A stretch of DNA of 52,600 nt from an uncultured Candidatus Saccharibacteria bacterium (GCA_964470765.1 CAYYDV010000001.1:1-52600), one strand, 5' to 3'. Counted from the first letter of the stretch, positions 24,703 through 34,511 are shown. The notes: generated by a model not told the origin, from the letters alone. Program-made: numbers and translations.

Positions 24703-26241
24703 TCATTTTCTGACTTTCTCAGTAGGATAAAAACCCAGATATTTTCCTAACATTAATCTAGTTTGAGCTTCTACGGCCGGTAAAGGAGTAAAGATAATCA
24801 TTACTAAGGGAACAATTAACCATTCTAAAGCTAAGGCTAAATATTTAAACCTTCCATAACTGGGAGGTTTTGGCGGTAATAAAACTATACTAAAGTAAGC
24901 CGAACTAATTAAACCAATCATAGCTAAACTCATAATATTCCTTAGCATCCGAGGTAGATTATAGGAAAAGAGAGTTTCGCTAAAAGCTGGCCCTCCTAAA
25001 ACCAAAGGCAACCAACCTAAAAAGAAGATGATGAAGCTAGCTGTTGCCCAGGACCAATGACCTTCGATAGCAGTAAAACCAAAACGAAGCTTCTTTTTAA
25101 AAGAAATCTTCTTATTCTTCAAAAATCCATACAAAAGATAAGGAATCTCCGCTACTCCATAAGCCCATCTTCTTTGCTGCTTATAGACATTGACCATGGT
25201 TTTAAAATAGGTTTTAGAAACCACCGCATCCATGGAAATTGGATAAAAAAGAGGTTGAACCTGGTAATCACCATTGAATTTCAAAAAGCACTGCCAGAAA
25301 ATCCGAGAATCATCACTAACCACATTAGTTTGTCTGAAATCAACCTCAATTAAAGCTTTGAAACTCATTGAATGAGAAGAAAAAGTAACTAGATTTTCTA
25401 GACTAGCCTGATTCATGGTATTCCAAAAAGTAGAAGAAAAAGAAAAAATCCGAGAAAGAACCGGAGCCTGCCAGATATTGTTTATGAAAAGAGGAATTGG
25501 CTGGAAACTAGTTCGGGTTGGTTTTTCAGAAGTTAGATAATGGAAAGTTAAACAACTAAAATATTTAGGAGCAACAGCTGTATCAGCATCTAAAGAAGAG
25601 AAGATAATTTTCTCATAAGGAATCTTCAAGGGGTCAATGATTTCTTCTTTAGCTCTTTTAGCCCCCCAGGTTTCATTTGAACCTTTCCCAGCTATCTCTC
25701 CAGGTATATTTGAAGGATGCCAAGTAATTAAAAGTTTAAAGAAGGTATTACCAAATTCCTTCTTAATTATCTCTATTGTCTCTCGAGCTTGAGCTCTTGC
25801 TCTTTCCTCAGCTGCTAGCACTATAATCATCCTATCTTTAGGATAATCAGTATTCTTTAAAGCTGAGAAGGTTCCTCTTATAATTTCCAAGGGTTCTTTA
25901 TACATTGGTAAAACCACTAAATGGTAGTAATCCCGCCAATTCTTCGATTCTAGATTCTTAATTCTCCCTAACCAATCAATCCTTTCATATTCTCTCATCC
26001 TATTGTACCCACTCTTAAGTAAGAAAGAACGGTAAATTATCCTCATCAGCCAAAATAAATCAAAGATAATAGCAAAAACAGCAATCCAAAGAGGACGCTG
26101 CCAACATAAAAGGAAAAGAATTATTAAGGTAAACCAAGAAAGAGCTCCAGGAAATATTTCTAAAACTCGGTAAATTCTTCTCTCCTTAGGATTTTTAATC
26201 TCTGAAGCTTTTCCAATTTTAAGGTATTCTTCTTTTTCCAT
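24703..26241 (-). CDS. Membrane glycosyltransferase family 2 (processive, QxxRW type)
   Basis: 512 aa. Has the DAD motif SSLDADT and QQRRWAYG, with multiple TM segments at both ends. Confidence 0.8.
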   Translation of the reverse strand: MEKEEYLKIGKASEIKNPKERRIYRVLEIFPGALSWFTLIILFLLCWQRPLWIAVFAIIFDLFWLMRIIYRSFLLKSGYNRMREYERIDWLGRIKNLESKNWRDYYHLVVLPMYKEPLEIIRGTFSALKNTDYPKDRMIIVLAAEERARAQARETIEIIKKEFGNTFFKLLITWHPSNIPGEIAGKGSNETWGAKRAKEEIIDPLKIPYEKIIFSSLDADTAVAPKYFSCLTFHYLTSEKPTRTSFQPIPLFINNIWQAPVLSRIFSFSSTFWNTMNQASLENLVTFSSHSMSFKALIEVDFRQTNVVSDDSRIFWQCFLKFNGDYQVQPLFYPISMDAVVSKTYFKTMVNVYKQQRRWAYGVAEIPYLLYGFLKNKKISFKKKLRFGFTAIEGHWSWATASFIIFFLGWLPLVLGGPAFSETLFSYNLPRMLRNIMSLAMIGLISSAYFSIVLLPPKPPSYGRFKYLALALEWLIVPLVMIIFTPLPAVEAQTRLMLGKYLGFYPTEKVRK

Positions 26242-26296
26242 TTAAGTTATCTTAACAAAAAAAAGTAAGATTTGAAATCTCACTTCAAGATACAAG

Positions 26297-26368
26297 CGAC
26301 GCTACCGGGAATCGAACCCGGATTGCTTGGTTGAAAACCAAGCGTCCTAACCGTTAGACGATAGCGTC
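26297..26368 (-). tRNA. tRNA-Glu (anticodon UUC)
   Basis: Minus strand reads gacgcta tc gtct aacggtta ggac g cttgg-ttTTCaa-ccaag caat ccggg-ttcgatt-cccgg tagcgtc g. Confidence 0.9.
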
Positions 26369-26482
26369 TAATTGCTTAATTTTAACTTAAAAATTGAAAA
26401 AAATCAATATTTCACATAACATAGAGTATAGGACACATAACAAAAATTTTAATAATGTTTCAGGTTATGTGTTTCATGTTTT

Positions 26483-27664
26483 ATGACTATCCTGGCTATT
26501 GAAACTTCTTGCGATGATACCTGTATTGCTTTAGTCAAAGCTCAAGGAAAGAAGCGAGTTTCTTTTGATGTTTTATCGAACATTGTCTCTTCTCAAGTCG
26601 AAATCCATAAAAAATGGGGAGGGGTCTACCCTACCCTGGCTAAAAGAGAACACCAGAAGAACTTAATTCCTGTTTTAAAAAAATCTCTAAAAAAAGCTGA
26701 AGAATTTAAGGCTTCAAATAGTAAATGTCAAATTTCAAATTTACAATCTAAAATCCTGAAAAAAATATTAGAAAGAGAACCTGAATTATTAAATAATTTC
26801 TTAAAAGTTATTCCTAAAATTAAAAAACCGAAAATTGATGCTATTACTATAACTGTTGGACCAGGCCTGGAGCCCTGTTTATGGGTAGGAATAAATTTTG
26901 CTAAAGCTTTAGCTTATTTCTGGAACTTATCTTTAATCCCCATTAATCATATTGAAGCCCATATTTATGCCAACTGTTTAAAACCCGACTTTAAACAGTT
27001 TAGTTTTCCAGCAATTTGTCTAATTGTTTCTGGCGGCCATACTCAGCTTATTTTAATGAAAAATCATGGCCAATATAAAGTCGTTGGCGAAACCAGAGAT
27101 GATGCTGCCGGTGAATGCTTAGACAAAATTGCCCGAATCTTAGGATTAGGATATCCCGGTGGACCGGCCATTGCCAGACGAGCTTGGCAATGGAAATCCC
27201 AAGCCCCAATAGTCAATTACCAAATTAAGTTGCCACGACCAATGATTTATAATAAAGATTATGATTTCAGTTTCTCCGGATTAAAAACAGCTGTTCTCTA
27301 TGATTTTAAAAAACGGAGTTCTAAAGTTAAAAAGAACAAAAACTACATTAGTCAAATGTGCTTTGAAAGCCAGCAAGCTATTATCGATGTCTCAATTTAT
27401 AAGACTCTTAAAACAGCTAAAACTTGGCAAGCAAAAACTATTATTTTAGGCGGAGGAGTAACAGCCAATCAAGAATTAAGAAAACAAATAAGTAGAAAAA
27501 TCCAAAAATCTTTACCTAATACTTTTTTCTTAATCCCCCGACTTCAATACTGTACTGATAATGCAGCTATGGTAGCTGTAGCTTCTTACTTTCATTATTT
27601 AAAAGGAGAAATAAGAAAATGGCAAGAAGTCAAAGCCGAAGCTAATCTGAAATTAGGTAAATAA
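26483..27664 (+). CDS. tsaD: tRNA N6-adenosine threonylcarbamoyltransferase
   Basis: Contains ILAIETSCDDT, HIEAH, SGGHTQL and GGGVTAN. At 393 aa it is longer than usual and has inserted segments. Confidence 0.93.
   Translation: MTILAIETSCDDTCIALVKAQGKKRVSFDVLSNIVSSQVEIHKKWGGVYPTLAKREHQKNLIPVLKKSLKKAEEFKASNSKCQISNLQSKILKKILEREPELLNNFLKVIPKIKKPKIDAITITVGPGLEPCLWVGINFAKALAYFWNLSLIPINHIEAHIYANCLKPDFKQFSFPAICLIVSGGHTQLILMKNHGQYKVVGETRDDAAGECLDKIARILGLGYPGGPAIARRAWQWKSQAPIVNYQIKLPRPMIYNKDYDFSFSGLKTAVLYDFKKRSSKVKKNKNYISQMCFESQQAIIDVSIYKTLKTAKTWQAKTIILGGGVTANQELRKQISRKIQKSLPNTFFLIPRLQYCTDNAAMVAVASYFHYLKGEIRKWQEVKAEANLKLGK
26976..26996 (+). repeat. Copy of the 21-bp near-palindromic element inside tsaD, encoding LKPDFKQ
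   Basis: GTTTAAAACCCGACTTTAAAC. It shares the left flank tgccaactg with the 3558 copy. Confidence 0.8.
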
Positions 27665-27761
27665 TAAGAACCTGCCTTTGGCAGAACCTTGAATGCCTTC
27701 GGCATATTCTAAGAACCTTTCGCTTCGCTCAAGAACCTTGATTCTCCTCTTGCTCGAAATA
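27663..27761 (+). repeat. AGAACC-rich dispersed intergenic repeat, locus 4 (four AGAACC words plus mini-hairpins)
   Basis: AGAACC starts at 27667, 27683, 27712 and 27732. Includes the mini-hairpins tgcc-ttt-ggca and atgcc-ttcg... gcat. Confidence 0.75.
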
Positions 27762-27787
27762 GAGTATAATAAATATATTAAATCCTT

Positions 27788-28498
27788 ATGCTTTATTCTC
27801 TTTATTTAGTTTTTGGAGTTCTGCCTAGTATAATTTGGCTTCTCTTTTTTTTACGAGAAGATGCCCATCCGGAATCAAATCGGATGATTTTAAAAGTCTT
27901 CTTTTATGGAATAATAGCTGCTTTTATAGCGGTCATTTTTGAATTTGGGTTCTTAGAGTTTAGCTTAAGAATTTCTCCAGCTCCAATAGTTATCTTAATT
28001 TTAAATATCTTCATTGGAGTAGCTTTAGTTGAAGAGTTTTCAAAGTATATAGTAGTTAAAAAAATAGCTATTGCTGACCCCGAGCTTGATGAACCTTTAG
28101 ATGTAATGCTTTATATGGTTATTGCTGGTTTAGGTTTTGCTGCCTTAGAGAATATTTTTGTCCTTCTAGATTTAGGATTACCTTTCAATATTTCAGATAC
28201 TATATCTTTAACCCTCCTTCGGTTCTTAGGAGCAACCTTCCTGCATGCCTTATGCTCAGGGACAATAGGATTTTTTCTGGCTTTATCTCTTTTTAAAGCC
28301 AAAAATAAATTTAAATTAATAATTTCAGGATTAGTTATAGCTACCTTCTTGCACGGTCTCTTCAACTTCTCTATAATAAGATTTGAAGGAGGTCTTAAGA
28401 TTGTAGTTCCGGGAATTATTCTCGGAGGGCTAGGAATCTTTGTCCTCCTAGCTTTCCGAAAACTTAAAACTTTAGCTAGTGTTTGTAAAATCAAATAA
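27788..28498 (+). CDS. PrsW-family intramembrane protease
   Basis: Polytopic, 236 aa. Contains VEEFSKY, GFAALEN and FLHALCSG. Confidence 0.8.
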   Translation: MLYSLYLVFGVLPSIIWLLFFLREDAHPESNRMILKVFFYGIIAAFIAVIFEFGFLEFSLRISPAPIVILILNIFIGVALVEEFSKYIVVKKIAIADPELDEPLDVMLYMVIAGLGFAALENIFVLLDLGLPFNISDTISLTLLRFLGATFLHALCSGTIGFFLALSLFKAKNKFKLIISGLVIATFLHGLFNFSIIRFEGGLKIVVPGIILGGLGIFVLLAFRKLKTLASVCKIK

Positions 28499-28552
28499 AA
28501 ATCTAAATTCCAAAATCCAAATGCCAAATCAAGCTCAAAATCCAAAATCCAA

Positions 28553-28586
28553 ATATTTGACATTTGAGCTTTGATATTTGACATTT
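28553..28586 (+). promoter_or_regulatory. Two perfect 13-bp direct repeats ATATTTGACATTT spaced 21 bp apart, immediately upstream of hsp20
   Basis: Copies at 28553-28565 and 28574-28586. The ATG is at 28594. There is also the inverted repeat AAGCTCAAA 28531-39 / TTTGAGCTT 28563-71. Confidence 0.4.
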
Positions 28587-28593
28587 TACTATT

Positions 28594-29031
28594 ATGGTTT
28601 CTCTAAAAAGAATAAAAATAAAGTCTAAAGCTAAAGCTCCAGAAAAAGAAATAACCGACTCCGGAGAGAAAAAATGGTTTCAAACAGAAGGAAAATTAAC
28701 TATTGATGTCTATGAAACTAGCTCTAATATTGTAATTCAAACTGCTATTGCCGGAGTAAAGCCTGAAGACTTTGATATTTCTATTGAAAATGACATGTTA
28801 GAAATACGGGGAGTTCGAAAAAACCCTGAAGAAGCTAAAAGTAAAAGAAATTATTTCTTCCAGGAATGCTATTGGGGACCTTTCTCCCGAAAAATCATTC
28901 TCCCCAAAGAAGTAGACAATTCTCGGACTCAAGCTTCAATAAAAGAAGGAATCTTAACCATTAAGATGTCCAAACTGGAAAGAGAGAGAAAAAGAAAGAT
29001 AAGATTAAGAACAAAGAAAAAAGGAAAATAA
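28594..29031 (+). CDS. Small heat-shock protein (Hsp20/alpha-crystallin family)
   Basis: Alpha-crystallin core LTIDVYETSSNIVIQTAIAGVKPEDFDISIENDMLEIRG...GILTIKM. Confidence 0.88.
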   Translation: MVSLKRIKIKSKAKAPEKEITDSGEKKWFQTEGKLTIDVYETSSNIVIQTAIAGVKPEDFDISIENDMLEIRGVRKNPEEAKSKRNYFFQECYWGPFSRKIILPKEVDNSRTQASIKEGILTIKMSKLERERKRKIRLRTKKKGK

Positions 29032-29052
29032 TAAAATTTAGAAAACTAACCA

Positions 29053-29078
29053 AAAATCCCGACCTAGATCGGGATTTT
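29053..29078. terminator. Bidirectional intrinsic terminator between hsp20 and tRNA-Leu
   Basis: AAAATCCCGA-cctaga-TCGGGATTTT. Confidence 0.75.
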
Positions 29079-29084
29079 AATTAG

Positions 29085-29166
29085 TGCCGAGAGTGGGATT
29101 CGAACCCACAAGGCTCACGCCATATGGTCCTAAACCATACGTGTATTCCAGTTCCACCACCTCGGC
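29085..29166 (-). tRNA. tRNA-Leu (anticodon UAG)
   Basis: Acceptor gccgagg/tctcggc. Anticodon arm tatgg-ttTAGga-ccata. Long variable arm. T-loop ttcgaat. Confidence 0.9.
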
Positions 29167-29265
29167 GCAAAAGTGAGGAATATTTTTCAATTCCCCACTA
29201 AAGTAATCCAAAATCAACTACTTAAGAATTTAAGGTAGCTAAACCTTAATTTTCTTAATTCAGAT

Positions 29266-29691
29266 CTATATTCCCATTATTGATCTTATAAGATAAGGAA
29301 GAGCTCTAGCTAATAGAGCAACGGCTACACCAACTAAGGCGAAAACAATGTAGTTTCTTCCTTTCTTTACTCCTTCTTCTGAACCACTAGCAGTAATCAG
29401 AGTAAAAGCCCCTAACAATATCAGAATCACCACGATAATCATGATAGCCATAAACAACCAATTAACAACATTTAGAATCGTACTAAAAAGACAACATTGG
29501 GCACCATTTACACCTCCGTAAGTAGCATCGTAATTAGTGGCGCCATCTATACAGGCTGCTCCTGCGCCAGATAAAACATTATTAACATCAGACGCATTTC
29601 TAACAGTACAGCTCTGAGGAGCTTGAGCTAAAGCTAACATTGGAACAATCAAAATACCAATTAAAGCTAAAACTAATAAGGTCTTCTTCAT
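29266..29691 (-). CDS. Small secreted/membrane protein, TrbC/VirB2-like (T4SS-pilin-like) C-terminal two-TM module
   Basis: Signal peptide and a Cys-rich segment, then NWLFMAIMIIVVILILLGAFTLITASGSEEGVKKGRNYIVFALVGVAVALLA. It is a paralogue of the next gene. Confidence 0.5.
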   Translation of the reverse strand: MKKTLLVLALIGILIVPMLALAQAPQSCTVRNASDVNNVLSGAGAACIDGATNYDATYGGVNGAQCCLFSTILNVVNWLFMAIMIIVVILILLGAFTLITASGSEEGVKKGRNYIVFALVGVAVALLARALPYLIRSIMGI

Positions 29692-29743
29692 TTTTTTATT
29701 ATTTATTTTTATTCAAGCTTATTTTATTCGACCTTTTATTTTT

Positions 29744-30355
29744 TTATTGTCCTAATAAATCAGCTAAGACATAAACTAATCCTCGAGAAAACAAAATAAT
29801 TGCATAACCAACTACAGTATAGGTAATTATTCTTTTAGCCGTATTGACTTTCTCAATATCGCCAGCGGAAGTCATGAACATGAATCCACCAACAAGTATT
29901 AATATCGGAGTTATAGCAGTAGCAAACCAAAAAACGTAATTAATAACACTATCTAATAAGTCTTCAAAGGTTGTAGATCCTGTTGGAGGGCAAAGGCAAA
30001 CTTTTCCCGTAGGAGAATCATAGCCGGTTGGATTAGTATCGGGATCGCAGGGATCAGCACAATAATCTTCACAAAGACCGCTAGGAGGTGGGTTTGAACC
30101 ATCACAAGCAGTAGGTGGTGGAGGTGGTGGAGGTGGTGGAGGTGGTATTAGTGATCCACAGCATAAAGGGAGAGGAGCGACACAAGCAGGAACACAGCAA
30201 TTTTGGGGGATTGGACCAGGAGGAACAGGACAAGGACCAAGTGGGGCGCAGTAAGAGCTAGGCGGACAACCCTGAGCCGAAACAGAATTTACTCCCAAGA
30301 ATAGGAATCCTAAAATTCCAATAAGGCAGATCAAAATAAGTAATTTTTTTTCCAT
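29744..30355 (-). CDS. TrbC/VirB2-like (T4SS-pilin-like) protein with a Cys/Pro-rich ectodomain and a poly-Pro run
   Basis: Signal peptide, CCVPACVAPLPLCCGSLIPPPPPPPPPPPTAC, then FWFATAITPILILVGGFMFMTSAGDIEKVNTAKRIITYTVVGYAIILF. Confidence 0.5.
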   Translation of the reverse strand: MEKKLLILICLIGILGFLFLGVNSVSAQGCPPSSYCAPLGPCPVPPGPIPQNCCVPACVAPLPLCCGSLIPPPPPPPPPPPTACDGSNPPPSGLCEDYCADPCDPDTNPTGYDSPTGKVCLCPPTGSTTFEDLLDSVINYVFWFATAITPILILVGGFMFMTSAGDIEKVNTAKRIITYTVVGYAIILFSRGLVYVLADLLGQ

Positions 30356-30377
30356 ATTTTATTATAATAAATGAAAT

Positions 30378-30908
30378 TTAAGGTTTAGTAAATACCAAAC
30401 CAAAATGATAATCCCCAGCCTCAAATTCTTTTTTTAATTCCAAACCAGCATCTTTAGCCAGCTTTTTCACTTCTTCGGAAGAAACCCTCCCCTCTTGAGG
30501 GCCAAAGGAACTCTCTTCCTTCCAATCAACCACCAAGATTTCTCCTCCTTTCTTTAAAATCCTTTTTCCTTCTTTAAAAACCTGCTTTTTATCTTTTAGC
30601 TGAAACAAAAGGTTGGTCATTAAAATCAGGTCAGCGAAATTATCCCTTAATTTTAATCCTTTAATTTCTTCTAAATCACAAAGTATGGTTTTAATATTAA
30701 AAACTCTTTCTAAGTTAGCCCGGCCTTCCAGAGCGGAAAGCATCTCTTCCTGAACATCGAGAGCGTAAACCTTGCCTTTTCTTAACTTTTTAGCCAAAGG
30801 AATAACCCAGCCTCCGGCTCCGGAGCCAAAATCGCAAGCTATCATGTTTTTTCTTATTTCAAGCTCGCTTAAGATTTTTTGGGGTTCTAAAAACTCTAGT
30901 TCAGACAT
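30378..30908 (-). CDS. Class I SAM-dependent methyltransferase
   Basis: Motif I is DFGSGAGGW. The ORF track starts at a GTG at 30941, which overlaps gyrA by 32 nt. An ATG at 30908 lies 1 nt after the gyrA stop and is my preferred start. Confidence 0.75.
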   Translation of the reverse strand: MSELEFLEPQKILSELEIRKNMIACDFGSGAGGWVIPLAKKLRKGKVYALDVQEEMLSALEGRANLERVFNIKTILCDLEEIKGLKLRDNFADLILMTNLLFQLKDKKQVFKEGKRILKKGGEILVVDWKEESSFGPQEGRVSSEEVKKLAKDAGLELKKEFEAGDYHFGLVFTKP

Positions 30909-30909
30909 T

Positions 30910-33360
30910 TTAGACAAAAGTTGCAGAAGCAACTTTATCACCTTCTTCTAATCTCATAATTCTTATTCCTTGAGTTGCTCTGCTTAATTTTGAGATTGAA
31001 GAAATTTTAGTTCTTATAACCTGACCTTTTTGAGATATGACAATCAAGTCTTCTTCAGTAGTTAGGATTTTTGAGCCTACTAAATCCCCAGTTTTTTTAG
31101 TTGGTTGAGCAGTTTTAATGCCAGTTCCTCCTCTCTTTTGTAAACGATATTCTTTGGAATCTGTTCTCTTTCCGTAGCCATTCTCAGTAACAACTAATAA
31201 ATAGCTTTTTTGCTTAGGGTCTATTACGTCCATACCAACTACCTCATCTCCTTTCTTCAATCTAATCCCTCTTATTCCTGAAGCCGGTCTTCCCATTGGT
31301 CTAATATCTTTTTCTTTGAATCTGATGGATTGCCCTTTCTTAGTTACTAAAATTAATTGGTCATCTTCTCTAATTCTAGAAACCTTTCTTAAAAGGTCTC
31401 CTTTTTTCAGTCCTATAGCAATTAATCCTGACCTCCGAACGTTCTTAAAATCTTCAAGAAGAGTCTTCTTTATTATACCATCTTTGGTAACCATTACTAA
31501 ATATTTAAACTGGGCTTCTTTTTCTTTCTTCCAAGAAATGATGGATAGAACTTTTTCTTCAGGAGAAACTTCTAAGAAATTAGCTAAACCCCGGCCCTTA
31601 GCTACTCGGCTTTCTTTGGGAATTTCATAAACTGGAGTCTGAAAGGCCTTTCCAGAATCAGTAAAGAAAAGTAGGGAATCATGAGTGTTGCACAAAAGGA
31701 AGTTTTCAACAATGTCTTCTTCTAAAGTCTTCATTCCTAAAATCCCTTTACCTCCCCTTCTCTGAATTTTATAGGCCTGAGGACTGGTTCTTTTAATATA
31801 GCCGCCTTTTGTTAAGGTAACTATAGTTGGCTCTTGAGGAATGAGGTCTTTTTCGGGAATCTCTCCTATTTTCTGAACAAAAACCTTAGTCCTTCTTTCG
31901 TCACCATATTTTTCCTTTAACTCCAGAAGTTCTTTTTTAACAACTCCTATTATTCTTTTAGGACTCTTTAAAATAGCTGAAAGCTCTTTAATTTCTTTTT
32001 TCTTCTGGGCCAGCTCTTGAGTAATCTTTTCTCTTTCTAATCTAGCTAAAGCTGAGAGCTTTGTTTCTAAAATAGCTTCAGCTTGAAGGACAGTTAATTT
32101 GAATTTACTAATAAGGTTCTTCTGAGCCATTTCCCGAGTTTTAGAAGCCTTAATTGTTTTAATAACCTGGTCAATTTTAGATAAACATTTATCTAATCCT
32201 TCTAAAATATGGGCTCGGGCTTTAGCTTTTTCCAAGTCAAACCTGGTTCTTCTTTTGATTACTTCTTTCCGGTGAACCAGGAAATAATTGAGAATATCAG
32301 CCAGAGATAAAACCCGGGGCTGAATTCCATCCACCAAGGAAACCATATTTAAATAAAAGGTTTTCTGAAGGTCAGTAAATTTGTAGAGCCGGTTTAAGAT
32401 TTTCTGGGAAAAAGCTCCTCGCTGGAGATCAATGACAATTCTCAAACCTTCTCTGTCTGATTCATCTCTGATATCTTTTATCTTCTCAATCTTTTTCTGT
32501 TGAACCAAATTAGCTAAATGTTCTACTAGAGTAGATTTCTGGACCTGAAAAGGAATTTCAGTAATCAAAATCTGAGTTCTTTCTTTTTGCCGAACTACCT
32601 CTGTTTTTCCTCTCATCACTATTGGCCCTTTGCCTTGAGAATAAGTAGTGATTATCTCCTTTTGATTATAGATTTCGCCTCGAGTTGGAAAATCTGGCCC
32701 TTTAATAAATTTGAAAAGGTCCTCGGTGTCAGCCTTAGGATTGTCCAACAGGTGAATTGAAGCATCTATTACTTCGGAAAGATTATGAGGAGGAATGTTA
32801 GTAGCCATTCCTACGGCAATTCCTAAAGAGCCATTTAATAAAAGTTGGGGCAATGGCGAAGGTAAAACAGTAGGTTCTTTTCGAGTTCCATCATAGTTAT
32901 CAATAAAATCAACGGTCTCTTTTTCAATATCTCTTAGTGATTCTTCGCCAATTCTTGAAAGCTTGGCCTCACTATATCTCATCGCACTCGCGGAATCCCC
33001 GTCAATTGAGCCAAAGTTCCCTTGACCTTTAATCAAAGGATATCTTAAAGAAAAATCTTGAGCCATCCGGACCAAAGAATCATAGACAGCTTGATCGCCG
33101 TGGGGATGATATTTTCCAAGGCACTCCCCAACGACTGTTGCTGATTTTCTAAACTTTGCCTCAGGTCTTAGCCCCATCTGGTGCATGGCATAAAGAATTC
33201 GGCGATGGACAGGCTTGAGACCATCTCGAACATCAGGTAATGCCCGGGCAACAATCACTGACATAGCATAATCAATGTAGCTTTCCTTCATCTCCTCAGT
33301 AATCTCTCGAGTTTTGAAATATCCTGTTTCCTTATTTGGTTTTTGAGAATCTTTAGCCAT
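30910..33360 (-). CDS. gyrA: DNA gyrase subunit A
   Basis: 816 aa. Contains [12 protein letters not shown], the active-site region [10 protein letters not shown] and C-terminal beta-pinwheel repeats. Confidence 0.97.
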   Translation of the reverse strand: MAKDSQKPNKETGYFKTREITEEMKESYIDYAMSVIVARALPDVRDGLKPVHRRILYAMHQMGLRPEAKFRKSATVVGECLGKYHPHGDQAVYDSLVRMAQDFSLRYPLIKGQGNFGSIDGDSASAMRYSEAKLSRIGEESLRDIEKETVDFIDNYDGTRKEPTVLPSPLPQLLLNGSLGIAVGMATNIPPHNLSEVIDASIHLLDNPKADTEDLFKFIKGPDFPTRGEIYNQKEIITTYSQGKGPIVMRGKTEVVRQKERTQILITEIPFQVQKSTLVEHLANLVQQKKIEKIKDIRDESDREGLRIVIDLQRGAFSQKILNRLYKFTDLQKTFYLNMVSLVDGIQPRVLSLADILNYFLVHRKEVIKRRTRFDLEKAKARAHILEGLDKCLSKIDQVIKTIKASKTREMAQKNLISKFKLTVLQAEAILETKLSALARLEREKITQELAQKKKEIKELSAILKSPKRIIGVVKKELLELKEKYGDERRTKVFVQKIGEIPEKDLIPQEPTIVTLTKGGYIKRTSPQAYKIQRRGGKGILGMKTLEEDIVENFLLCNTHDSLLFFTDSGKAFQTPVYEIPKESRVAKGRGLANFLEVSPEEKVLSIISWKKEKEAQFKYLVMVTKDGIIKKTLLEDFKNVRRSGLIAIGLKKGDLLRKVSRIREDDQLILVTKKGQSIRFKEKDIRPMGRPASGIRGIRLKKGDEVVGMDVIDPKQKSYLLVVTENGYGKRTDSKEYRLQKRGGTGIKTAQPTKKTGDLVGSKILTTEEDLIVISQKGQVIRTKISSISKLSRATQGIRIMRLEEGDKVASATFV

Positions 33361-33368
33361 TTTTATAT

Positions 33369-33617
33369 TTACTCGGTTTCGAGCCCAGGAAGACCTTCAG
33401 GAACTTCTAATTTAGGAAGGTCTTCTTTCAACCTTTCTCTTAAAGAAGGTATTTTAAATTCTTCCATCAGTTTTTCTCCTTGAAAACCTTTGAATCCTTT
33501 ACTGAAACTCTTAGCCCAAACCCAAACTAGGACTATTCCTATAATAATAACTATTGCAAACAAAATAATTTTTTTTATTCTTAAAGGAAGCTTTTGGATT
33601 TTTTTTAAAAAACCCAT
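33369..33617 (-). CDS. Small single-TM hypothetical protein
   Basis: 82 aa with [21 protein letters not shown]. Tightly packed between gyrA and the MBL gene. Confidence 0.4.
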   Translation of the reverse strand: MGFLKKIQKLPLRIKKIILFAIVIIIGIVLVWVWAKSFSKGFKGFQGEKLMEEFKIPSLRERLKEDLPKLEVPEGLPGLETE

Positions 33618-33618
33618 C

Positions 33619-34275
33619 TTATTGAGGTTTCAAAACCATTACTTTTGTCTTCTCTTCGGAGATGTCTCTCTTTTTAATTGATAATTTATTCAAATGTTCT
33701 GGATTCTTTATCCCCATTACTTTTAGGAATTTATCCAATCCTTCAAATTTATATTTAAGCTTAGGAATCTGATAATGCATAGGAATAATAATCTGAGGCT
33801 CAATTTGATTGATAATCCTGGAAGCTTCTTTGGAACCAATAGTATAAACTCCTCCTACGGGAATCATTAAAACATTGACTTCGCCAATTTCTTCCAGTTG
33901 TTGTTCGGTCAATTCTGCCTGACCAAAGTCAGAAAGATGACAAATCTTAATTTCCTCAGCCTCAATAGTAAAAATAGTAACCTTACCTCGTTCTTTACCC
34001 AGAGAATTATCATGAAAAGCGGGAATTCCTTTAATATATATTCCCTTAACTTCATACTCGCCTGGGCCTTCAATTAAAAAGGGGCTTCCTGAAACAGCCT
34101 TAACATTAGAATGATCGTGATGGTTATGACTTACTAATAAAATATTGGCTTCTAATTTAGGAACCCTAAGACCCAAACTCTCATCAAAAGGATCAATGAT
34201 GATTTTTATTTCATTGTTTTGTTTAGGTTTGGCAATTATTTCAAATAAAGATTGACCGTGCCAAATGATTTTCAC
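33619..34275 (-). CDS. MBL-fold metallo-hydrolase
   Basis: Metal motif SHNHHDH. 218 aa with a GTG start. Confidence 0.85.
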   Translation of the reverse strand: MKIIWHGQSLFEIIAKPKQNNEIKIIIDPFDESLGLRVPKLEANILLVSHNHHDHSNVKAVSGSPFLIEGPGEYEVKGIYIKGIPAFHDNSLGKERGKVTIFTIEAEEIKICHLSDFGQAELTEQQLEEIGEVNVLMIPVGGVYTIGSKEASRIINQIEPQIIIPMHYQIPKLKYKFEGLDKFLKVMGIKNPEHLNKLSIKKRDISEEKTKVMVLKPQ

Positions 34276-34511
34276 CCTGTTAGAAGTCGTCGTTATATAA
34301 CCAAATAGGTTATTTCGGACAACTTTTGTTTTTGATTATACCCCGTTGTCAGCAAGCAGAAAAAATTATTTATTTTTTCTGCCTTAGACTTCTAACGGGG
34401 TTCATAGTTTATAAAACAAAAAATATTCTCTACTTAAATTTATCATAGCTGAAGGTTTTTTTCAACTAAGAGGGGTTGATTAAATTAAATTTTTAATATA
34501 TCATTGGAATT

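Noticed and set aside
26433-26472. 9-bp inverted repeat ACACATAAC/GTTATGTGT just upstream of tsaD
   Set aside because: It is short, AT-rich and has a 22-nt loop. That is plausible by chance in this composition, and I saw no second copy or associated motif.
28111-28584. 157-aa antisense ORF across the PrsW 3' end and the hsp20 upstream region
   Set aside because: It is antisense to a well-supported polytopic protease gene, and its N-terminus is a translation of the intergenic repeats.
30910-30941. 32-nt overlap between gyrA and the methyltransferase as a programmed feature
   Set aside because: The overlap depends on a GTG start. An ATG at 30908, 1 nt after the gyrA stop, gives a normal tightly packed arrangement.
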